NCBI GenBank assembly: GCA_002633005.1
Contig: NMRA01000022.1
Location: 1,108,518-1,172,517, forward strand
Origin: Phoronis australis
Taxonomy: Eukaryota > Animalia > Phoronida
DNA length: 64,000 nt
Direction: 5' to 3'
Shown: positions 27,901-39,900 of the stretch, in pieces
How positions within the stretch are numbered: the first letter of the stretch is position 1
How the letters are laid out: each line of letters begins with the position of its first letter
Notes under the pieces: generated by a model
What the model saw: the letters and a program-made list of their open reading frames with translations, nothing else
Database searches by the model: none
What the model was told of the DNA's origin: nothing
Position numbers and translations under genes: made by a program

Positions 27901-30900
27901 GATCCAACATTACTTCAAAATCAGAGTACATCTTCTGGAACTTATTCGGTAACCTCTAAACACAAAAGCATACAATATGCAAGAATAAACGTGAAACAAC
28001 ATTTTGTAACAGACGAAGAAGGAAAACTTTCTCAGAACTCTTCAACCTCAATTTTGAAGTATAGTTAAATATCTGAGAAGCTAACTTTCGCAATAGTTAT
28101 TCTAAAATAAAATGATGTTTAGGAGTACACTTTCATGCAAATGTTTAAAACTCTAAATAAAAAGCACACGACGACAAAGAACCTTGATGTCCGAAAGGTT
28201 ACATATGTACATGTACTAAATGAATGCTTAAAATATGCTTAAGAACAATACATGTAGAGATGTCAAAGGTAAAGTGTGAGATGATAGCATTTAATACATT
28301 TGCTAAAGTCTGTAAGGTATTCAGCTGTGGGAGAGATGCCCGATGATGAAGAACGCTACAATTGAAGTAAAGTAAACGGAAGCGAGGGGTAGCGGTCTAT
28401 ACATGTGAAGAATAAACCAAATATTTTCCCATCAATCCACTTACCTCCCATGATTGTTCAAGCCTGTTTATGACAGAGTTACTAAGTCCCATCACGATGG
28501 CGAAGAAGCCATATAGATTACACGATTCTTTGCAGCTGAAATACAGCAGTTGTTTGTACGGATGATAGAAATCAAGCCATATGCAACCCAATCAATATAA
28601 TCATTGAAGAGCCCAGGCTCTTAGAATTGTTAGTTAATGATACCTACCCAGCCTCTTCCAGGTCTTCACTAACAGTTGGCTACCAAGGTAACTAATTATA
28701 TGGCATACACAGGGTGGTGGTTTCAAGTTTGCGTTTCCTTCATATTCCGGGAAATTTCGCGCACTTGGCTTCAATGTCCGATTCCAAATTAGGCCACCGT
28801 AGTGTTGGACGTGCAAGAGCCTTAATTTCCGACGGCGGTGAGCTAAATGCAATTCCAAAAGGAGTAAAACGGTCGGCGATATTTGGTATAATCGCGCGGT
28901 TTCCTAAGATAATGCATACCTGTTCGCAACTTAGGTCGGTTCAGCATTGACCTGTTCCAACCAAACTTCCATAGCAAGCTATGCCGACAGTGCGCAGAAC
29001 GCAATCCTTGGCTGTTTCGTAACCAATGTTTTAGCACATTTGCGTGTATTGTACTAACCGTTAAAGCCCTCGTAAACTGAATTTTAGGCATGGTCAATGC
29101 GCCTATTTATGTTCCTTAATTTATATCAGATACTTACATTCATGAGCCAAATTCGTTTTTAATTTATTTTTACCAAAACACCGCAAGTGACCGCGTCAGT
29201 AATTGTGAAAAAAAATCTCAGGTGGCGCTTTGCGATTAACCGGATGTGTGACGTCAAAAGCCACTTTCCAGTTTCCAGTCTGTGTGTAACTCACAAGCGT
29301 AATGTGCAACATGTAGAACTTACGACTCGAAAGCGCGTTGCATTCACATCGTTTATTCACTTACCTTAATTAGGCCGGTCGAACCAAAATTTTTTTCGTT
29401 ATGAAAAATTCTGCACATTTTCGGAAAGATAATGCATCCTACTCAATAAAAATCGAAAAATTATCATAATAGAAGCAAGCAATGCAAAGTTATTGTAATT
29501 TTTGTGGCGAAATTTGAGTCAGTACACTGTACTTGTTTGGATCGGGTCGACCATCTTGAACGACAGCGGTATAAATTACGAGTTCAAAACTTTTTATAAA
29601 TTATTTTCACCAATATTTTACAGTGTAATTTAGTGAGACATATCTTTACTTATTATTCTGCGCGATTCGACAGTTTTCACCAAATTTCAGCCTCGCAGAA
29701 GTTACTTATTGAGTGATAAAGGTGCTCACAATTCCCGTCGGCAGCACAACATGGCGAATTTTGCTGATCTAAAAGACATGTTCAACCGACTACTTTGTAA
29801 TTTGTGATGATTTGACATTGATAGATTTTGACAAACGCTGCTACAAAAAAGCAACTTGTTCAACTTTCACGTTTTTTGTGCAAACATAAAAGGAATATTC
29901 TAATTATTTAACTGTGAATTCCCCTTACAGGTGATCTTATACATTGAGCTAAAAAATAATCGAAATGTTTTTGAAATGTTTTTTGTTTGACAGTCAACTG
30001 CTCTTCAAAGCTCGCATAGTTTACTTGGCTGCCATGACAAATCACACGGAAGTCACGTGGGCAGTGGAAAATCCAATGATTTTATCAAGCTTTGTATCTT
30101 TTGCTTTGACGTCAACAGAAATTCAAAAACTTTCCGAGCAAACCGTAAAATACCTGGTGAGCAGGTTGTATTCTGTTTCAATGACAGAGGAGCACTTTGA
30201 AGTGCGCAATATAATCTGTTTTTCGCGTTCCAGGCATCTTTATTATCCATCGGGAAGATAACACCCATAGTGATATTCATTCGGTCTAACTCAAGACATG
30301 GTCACGTGACCCATTTAATAAGAGTGCTAAAAAGCCAAAACTCAAATTTCGCAGTCTTTCTACTTTCAAAAATATACTTTTAATGAGCTAAAATTGTAAT
30401 TTTCTAGAAATTTTGTAAAAGGCACAGACTTGTCTTTATGGTCCTGCATAACCTTAACTCGAACCAATCTACAGCGTATCATCGCACCGAAACCTATTAC
30501 AACCTGCGTCCACACATGTACGAGGTATAACGTGGAAACAGTTAATCAAGCAACTTAGCTGCAAGTTTAAGAGATCGAGTTTCACGACTGGCATTTCATA
30601 TCACTACACCCACCACATAATACCATACCCTCCCATTCTTGAAGAAGCCGGCTCGTCCAATAGATTCATTGAGTAGCTCGCCAACGAAAAGATATCGTAA
30701 CCACATGCTTACGTTTTCACAACAATTGCAGTCCTCTAAAAGACTTCGTTAATGCTGCAATGTAAGCACTAATCTCCTGGTCCAATGTTTGAACTGAAAG
30801 CACCCGTAGAAAACGGCGCAGTAATTAATCTCGGTACTGGATTAACGTGTAAGATTAGGTACAACCCCCGCGAATCTTTCTCGTAACCTTAGCGGGTGGA

Positions 30901-33900
30901 ACAAGTTCATGCACCAACGGAAAGGTATTGCTTCCCTTTGACGCAATGAAGGTACAAGTAGACTACTCCGTATCTGCTGTGTATTCGAGATTTTAAACGT
31001 TCGGTGAATGCTTTGAAGCCCCCCTCCCACCTTCCCAAGAAAAGGGGAGTGGGTGTAGTGTAACCAATAAAGATTATTTGTACAATTTCACGCATGTATT
31101 ATCAGTCAAGTTCGCGCATGACAGAAACATCTATGTATTACACTATAGGACTAATTATCAGTGCCAATACGTAACACACTATCTATACGTTGGGTTTATA
31201 CCACATAATGGATAGGGCGAGCCGTCTCATAGTTAAAATTCAGGTGAAAGGCGGAAAAACGTGTGCATCCGTGAAAATCAATACCAAATGTTGAACTTTT
31301 CCTGATCGCCACTTTTTCCATTTGCCCAACTGAAAGACGTTAGGAAACTATAATACCTACAGGAAAAGATAAACATGCGAGAGGGTAAAACACCCAGTTT
31401 TGTTGATGACACGTGTCTACCCACTCGGCGTCACCGCGAGAACCCCTTGGATTGTCGGCGTCACTGTGAGCACCCCCAGATTGTGAAAAGCGTTTCCCGC
31501 ACATTTACTCAACACTGGCATTGCCACAGAGATACGTTTAGTAGATCACTTACTGGGCTGCAACTTTGATGAACTTGCGAAGTAGAGAAACACGCCTTTG
31601 GGTGGAACTTGATAGACATATTTCAGTCATCACCCAATGCTGAACTTGAATGAAATGTCTCACCATTTCTTGCAGGTTGGCAGTTATTTTTTGAAAGAGC
31701 TTTCGTCCAAAGACTTGATACACGAGCTCTTGCTGTAAAACACACCACATGGAAAATGTCCACTGAAATAACTAAGTTTCAAGACAGGGTACTAGTCTCG
31801 GTCAGATATTTTATTTGGTGGTTAAAGACATAACTGTGTTTCGGACTGATATATTAAGGGTTAAGAATCCCCACCGTCTGGTTTCTTAGATCAGTGTTAT
31901 TGTGACACTTACCAACAGAAATATTCTGACATGTCTGTCTTCCACTAACATTGTACAAGATCAATAGCTTTCGGTATCCAACGATAATTCAGCAACATAT
32001 TTTCCATCTCACGGAAGTGTTTCCAATTTGGACAGTATCTTACGAGTTGGCGAAATAGACTACCCACTTGACAACTGAAGGATGTGATCTTAACAGCTTT
32101 CACTTTCAAGACTCACGTTTCTGCACGAGCCTCAATTTGCATTCCACGGTTCAGGTCTAGAACATATCCGCAAACAATAAACAAGTTAATTACTCTCTGT
32201 CAGAACTCTAAAAACCTACTTCATGGAGACAAGAAAATAAATGCCAGTGGTAGATGGTGAGATGATAGGCAAGTTCACGGGCGCTGCAGTGTTCCAGATC
32301 TTTGGTAGCTGAAAGTGTCGCCATCTGCTGTTCCGAAAGTGGTACCTGCAGAGAAAAGTATCATAACAGCTGTAGCAGTCACGAATCGTCCATTTGGTCT
32401 AGTCACTAGATATTGTTGGTTTAGTTTAATTTCGTGGACCCGCATAAAACGCTGAAATCACAACAATGTTGTTGAAACTTTAAATTTTTGTCATAACAAA
32501 TAGCAAGCAAACAAGATAATTCAGGGTAAACGAAAATTGATCACAGCATTCATGACATTAGTGTGATTTTCAGATCAAGAAATATACTTACAAGTGTATC
32601 AAGTCTATCACGGGTAACAATGAACAATTGGCCATTGGGACTCAGGTCACTGAAGACTCCGATATCATCCGAGGAAAACACTGTCCTGTCTGAAATAAGC
32701 AGTAAACGTCGTTGCGTTATACAAACTACACAAAAACATATTATGCCGTGGTATACTTATCATTTCAATAAGAAATTCCTGACAATATGATAATCATATG
32801 GCACTACGCCTTTTGTCCTACAGTGAGAGTTCGCGGTTTCAAGACAAGACCAAGGCAAAATGTTGAAAAACGTCCACGGCTACGCTGCATTTAGTTTGTT
32901 TCTAGCGGTGTTCATTTGCAAAAATGGCCGGTAGCCGGCCCAAATATGACGAACCCGTCGAAACATGAAAGTCGGCGTCGTCTGCATCATAAAAAGTATT
33001 TTACAAACCTTATAAAAATCGTTTCTAAAGCTTGGAAGATAAAGAGGCAAATTCAAAAAGTTAAATTGCAAGTACGATGGAAAGTGGTGGTCGGATTCGT
33101 CGGAAAGAAGATGTCATATACTGCCACATTGGCGGGAATGCACTTGTCAACTTTCACAAAGGCTGTACAAGAGGCTTAAGAGGGACAGCTGCAGGAGCAA
33201 AAAATGCGACAAGGGGTACCGAGCAGTTGGACCGTCCGAAAATTAACGTCAGTCACGTTGTTGTGGAGCCTGAAAACACAAAGGCGTTGATGTGTTCTTA
33301 AAATAGAAACCTATTTGCCAAAATTTATGACATTTTATCAAGGAACTCTGAAGGTACTGATTGGGGTAAAATTAAAAAAAAAAAATTATCTCTAGAGGGC
33401 TCAGCGTTAATCAGAGTCACACGAAAGTCACCGTCACATTCATAAAAGGGCATTTACCAAATTCCACAACCATCCTGAAAGGTCATTTGGCATTGACTTG
33501 AAGTGGATAACTATTTGAAGCGAGTTGGCCTACTCCATCAAAAACCGTGGCTTTCTAGTTGGTCTGGCTGACGACCTTAGAGGTGGAAATCTTTTTATTA
33601 TAATGTGGATAGGTTCGCAACGTCATCGCTTTGTGCTTTTATCTTATGCCCGGGATTCAACTTAGGTGTTGAGCGCAGGAGCGATCTAGGATTTTGAGTA
33701 GGGGGGCAGGGGAAGGACAAAGTATTTGCCAGGATTTTGCCCGTCAGAAATTCGCACCCCCGAAGTGCCAAATGGAATATGGGAGAATGTTAGGGAAGGG
33801 GGAATCCCCCCTTGGCCCCCCTTAAATCCGGCATTGGAGAGAACAGTCCACGTCCTACTATGACGCGCGTTTCAGACCATCTTAATAGGTCACACAGATA

Positions 33901-36900
33901 CAGTGATTTCCTAAACTTTTCGCACTTATGTTCTAACCTTTACTCCAAAGTAATCTACTGAAAGGAAACAAAGTTCTCATAATATCTCAAATTCAAATCA
34001 TGTTGCTGAACCCAAGAATTCGAACTGCCTCATTTAGTCATCGGGACCGTTCGTTTATTGATTTCCGATTTTTACAAAACCGAGTTCTCTCACCGTATGA
34101 GAACAATTGCCTAAACATGTATTTCAAGTTGTCATGAATTTCCTACTAACATATACATCTGTGAATTATGTCCGGCACGTTCCCAATTATCTGGAAATTA
34201 TGCGCTAATAACACATGTTATACCTACTTCTGGTAGTTTATTTCAAGCTACTTGAGGTGCGTCCCTAGTTACTGTACGTTTGTACCTTTACACATAGTGA
34301 TTGAGGATAAAAGTTAACGAAAACACATAATAGAATAATGCTTAACTAGACTAAGTACACCACCTCAAGTGTACATAAAACAACAGGAGAAATGACCTAC
34401 GGTATAAAGATTGGAGGGGTAGGCAATTTAAACGAATATACATGTATTACAAAAAATGTAATAATAGTTGAGCATGGCTATACATGTACATCGTGAACAA
34501 TGAAAGTATACGTATAAGCATCACGTTCAGCAAAGCTGCCAGTGTGCGTTTTTCGTAAAAATTTTAACGGTGATGATATGAGGGAAAACATTCCACTCTA
34601 GTGGATTTAATAAAAGATGGCAAGCACAGAAAGTTGCTGACGGGCTATACCTGGAGGCAAAACAAGTATTAGCTTGTGACGCAACCAGGTTTGTATTTTT
34701 GGCCATATTCAGGAACATCATCTACATGTAGGTAACACTCGTCGAACCATACATGTAACCGTCCACATTTATAACACTTTATTTTAGAAAGCATGAATGA
34801 CAGTAAGTCTCTATTGATCTTTTCGAGTTTGTAGTAAAGAACTAGAGCGCATGCCTAATTGGGGGTCACAACTAATGTTGTTATTACGCTAGGACAGATG
34901 TGTATTTCAATACACGAGTACACTGCATTTTGAACATGTAATGAGGTTCCCTAAGCAAACGTGAATTTTCCATAAAAGTGGACGGGAGCTAGAAAAAGAG
35001 CTGCTTGAGCCCATATATTTTGAAGGATATCGAGTAGATTGTCAAAAAGTTGCAATTATGCTGTTCCCAAAGCATTATAGTCTTGATTCTTCTTGATAAC
35101 CACGTGCTCGAATTTGACCTATTTTAAAAAATTGCCTTTTGTTTTTTGTATTAATCCACTAATTTGCAATTAAAGGCAGTCACATTTCACAAAGTCAGCC
35201 TCGTGGTCAGTATTCAGGCTACTAATTAGCTCTGGATACAAAGAAAAAAGTCATAGCAATTAGAGCTATACTTAAATTACAGTTGCAAATTGTCACTGTC
35301 GCCAATGAAATCAGCATCGACTGATCAGGGAAGCAGAGATCTGGGGTATAAAAAATCTTAGATAAATACTCTGTATATTTCGGCACCCAAACAAACCCGC
35401 AGTATATTTACGGACTGGTGACATATAACTACTATCAAGCACCGTGGGTGCCATTCACTTGAAGTTTAAATCGGGAAACCTGCAGTTTATTATCTGGTCT
35501 CCATAGAGTACAGTGTAGGGCTTTTTACTCTAGCTAGTACTCTGCAGTGTTACGTATGCTCAACTCGAAACCGTGGAATCGCGTTTTGACCATTTGTTAA
35601 GGCTTCTCTCAAGCGTTCCTAGAATGGGGGATTTTTACCAGCCATCTAGTTACTGGAAATTCCGTGTCTGGAAAGAGGGTGCTTTCTCACAATAACATGC
35701 CCGTACGACGTTTTCTACCGTCCGTGAAAGGTAAACAGTTGCTCTGGGCGGGGTAATCTTTATACTCGAAATTGATTAACTCGTAATCATTTTTAACAGT
35801 TTACGTTCCACTCTAAAAATAAGACAAGAGTCTGTTTTCTTCTTCTTGAATATGTGTCTATTCCCTAGATTCTATCTGCAAACCGACGACATTTTGAAAA
35901 AAACATGAAATCTAATTAAAGCGTGTTAAAGCTGTCCTCATTTAGCGCATTCACGTAAACAACGTTATACTCGAGCACTGAATAATATAGAATTTTACCT
36001 TGCCTTGGTATAACTAAATAGCGTATAAAATACTAAAAAGCGAGTTTGATTTCTAGCGCAATGGTTGAACCAAGGGGCAAGTTGTGTTTTAATTTTGCTT
36101 TTGTTAAAAGAAACAAATCCTAAAGCCTACGATATCAGTATGCAAATGAAGCACAGCTCCTAGGTGGAATTTTGGGGTGTTGGTCCGTCTCAAAATTTAG
36201 TCTTAAGTTTTAAGTTTGGAGCTTTCCAAAGCAATCAGAATCTCACCTAAAAGATATATTTTCACGTCAAAACTGAAGCCGTAATTTACGAATCATAAAA
36301 ACGTCTTTGTGTACTAAATATTGTATACACGGCTTACCTATATGGGTAGGAAAGGGCAAACGTTTGACAAAAAAAACAATCCTGTTTTTTAAATTCAATT
36401 CCATTTGATGAATTCAATCCCATTTTGAAATATAATTAAACCATGATATTTTGTGAATTGAGTACAACTTTAAAATCATTCCAGTTTTTTAAGTTCAATT
36501 CTAGGTCAAACAACCCTGTTTAGCAGAGAAAATATCGACCCTGTCAATCCTGTCGGCGATTCAAAAAAGTAACCCTGTTACGAAAATCGATCGTGTTTTA
36601 TGACATAGAGCCCGTTTCGTCAATCCTGTTGGCAGTTCCTAAAACTAATCCTGCTATGAAAGGCCGAGCCCCATTAATGACGCCGCTCCTTATAAGTTAG
36701 GCATATCCAGACGCCTCTCCTTTTAATTTAGGCACATTCAAACGCCTCAAGACGAATGCTCAAGCTCATATATATTTCCATCTTAAAAAATCGTCTGCCA
36801 GAATTTTTTCTATTAATTTTATTGGCAACGGTGTGAGCTCCTTCATTTTCAGTAATGTGTTAAACTGGTTTCGTTTCTAACCGACAGGATTTGCAAAATA

Positions 36901-39900
36901 GAATTTTCGAAGCAGGAAAATTGTCTACACGATCGATTTTACACGTTCGGTTTAGGAATGTTGACTAAATCTCGGTTAGGCGATTGAATTAATGCGTGTA
37001 GCATGAATCTTTAAAAAAGCATCTGACTTTAAAAAACAATGAATCGTCTAAACAGGTTGGATTTCACTGAGTTGAATTGAATTTTCGAACTAAGATGAAT
37101 TATCAAACATGTTTATTTTAAATTGGGCTGAATTAATTAAATAGAATTGAATTTACAAAACTGTATTTTATCATATTCTAATAGAATTCAATGAGTAAAC
37201 AGAGTTGAATTTACGAAAACAGAGTTGATTTTCTTTTTTTCCACAATTTTTGCCCTTTCGGCCCCCTATGGGCGGCGCACCACAGGGGTGTGGGGGGCTT
37301 CAGCCACCCCACTTTTGTCACTGCTGCACCGCTCATGTTACCTAACCCAGCTGAAAAAATCAAAGTGTAGAGCATTGAACTAACCTCCTGACGACTTGAC
37401 TTCGCAGAGTACTAAGTTGGGACCAAGGCTCAGTTTGTGCGCTGCCGACTTTATTATCTGCGTTACGGTGGCGTCCATACGGGTTTTGAGCGTCGTGTAC
37501 GTGTGGTCAGGGCAATAAACTCGGAAAAGTACTGAAATACAACGCACCTGCCGCTGAGATAAAAACAAATCATGTTACAACAACTTGAAATAAGATCATT
37601 TTGTGCTCGTAAACGCTTAAACCTGCCCAAACTGCATCGTATCCTGAAAGTGAACTGCTTACGGAAGGAGTAATCAAAAACTAATTTGGATTGAATTTAC
37701 CAAAATATTTTACGTACTTTCGTTGTGTGCTTTGATTGCTTTAACGAGCGGTTCTGCTTCCATTGATGTCCTTTTTCCGCTACGAGGCGATAACTTTGGC
37801 GACGCATTGGGATTAATAGATGGTGTGTAGATGAATTTCGGTTCACCTTCACTGTAATAGTTGACATAGGTGCACTCTTTTAAAGCAAAGCTCAATTTTG
37901 TGTAACGCTGTAGGAAAAATGTTATAGTTACACTGCACATTTATAAATAACTCTATTAAGAAAAAATACCGGGAGCATGAAAACTCATAAATGACTGATC
38001 AGGTTGATGGGAAAGTTTCACCTACTGCGCCCCATACAATGTTGTCCGAAACTTTTTTTTCAGGAATTGCAATTGTTTTCAAATGCTCCACTCGCATGAG
38101 GGTCTATAAAAGTTGTGTTTCTATGGCGGAAAAGAAACAGAAACGAAAACAAAATGACAGTTTAGAAAACTGCATGTTTCAGGAGATTTCATCTTGAACA
38201 TTTATAAAAATGATATACAAGTACCTTTTGCAAACAAGTACTAATAAGTCACACGAATGAATTCAAGGCATTTTTCTATTAATTTAAAAACAAAATCTGA
38301 TGATTTTCTACTTTAAGAAATATATTCTGATATGCTTTACTGTGTATACATGTACATGTTTCGTAAATATTTGACTGAATAGTTAGGCAGACTTGTTAAT
38401 GGTGTCTTACATAACCATTGACTATTGACTTCGTAAATCGCCAAGAACAGGACTTTTTGTTACTGAATCATTGTGTAGTTACTGCACTCTACTATTTACG
38501 TTTAGCGTGAAAAAGTAGTGGAAAATGCGAGCTCACACAAAGGCACACATAAAAATTGATAGTCGCAAAGCACTCCGCTTTAAGAAACTACACTAACTTG
38601 TTTGATATATTGTGCATGAGACGACGGATCGTTACCAGTGAAGAGTCCTTGCATTTATGCACTTGATTGTCTCGTTCGATGTCGTGGTGAAGTTCCTAAG
38701 AAAAAAATATGCATACAGTACTGCAAATGTAGGAAGATACACTTCAAGTTTTTGATATTTCGCGAAAGTCCTTTTTTCCTTAACAAAACAGACGAATTAC
38801 TTGTCGATTTTTTGAAAAAAACATTTCATTGCTTATGGGTACGATAGACGATTTGAGAACGTACCTTCATAAAGTTATTGCATATTGTGTCCTCGAAGAA
38901 GCTGTCTCCAGCAATCGTCACCCAGTTTTCCACAAACTGGATCACTCTACGCTTATTAGAGGCCACCAGCGTCGCCCTTTCTTTCTCTGTCATTTTGGCA
39001 TCCGCCAGAGAGGAATGAAAAGTGACACAGTTAAGGATACAGCATAGTGTTTAAACCGACACCCACAGCTTACTGTTCTTAAAAATGACAGCTGAGCTAT
39101 GGGCAAAGAACAGCTCATGTAATCGACAAAGTTATACACCTGTAGGTATATATCATTGCTTACCATCGTCACGCACAGTTAAGTGTAAAGATTAGTTCTT
39201 ACAGTCGGTTATGTTAAGGGTAAGGAACATTTACTTACAGTCGACAACCATAGTTAAGGGTAGAGAACAGTTTTAACACTCGACACGCACAGTTACCGGT
39301 AAAGAATCTTGCAATCGGCACGCACGGTTAAGGTTAAGGAATAGTTCTTACAATCTAATCGCGAAAGATTTCCGCTCGCCAATTAGCAAGTTAAGTGTGC
39401 AGGTTCACAACGGTTGCGTTGTAATTTCACTACGTTGCTGCTACAGCTGCTGCTGCCGCCGCTGCTGTAGCTGTACAGAGCTATACAGAGCTATACAATA
39501 CACTGATTGCAAAAGGATATTGCTCCATAAGTTGATCACAGACACCTTTGTGTGTCACGTATATAGCATGAGTTAGGAGATAGTCTTCAAGGAAGGTATC
39601 TGTAAAAACAAGAAGATATCCTCTATCGAGGATAAACTGTCACCACTGACAAATGCAGTAGTGGTTGTGGAACAATCTTGGACAGCAACTATTAAATCTA
39701 TATAGCGATAAAACTTGAATGATAACAGTTTTTCACATACATGGATATTATAACCAGAGAAAATTAAACCTGTTCGGCTGTACTGTATCAGAGCATCTGA
39801 ACAGGTTTATTTATTTCTGATCATGAACTTCCATGGATAAATGTAATACTCGTGTATGTTTTAATGTGCTATAAGCCGTAGATCGTTCGTCTAAATAATA

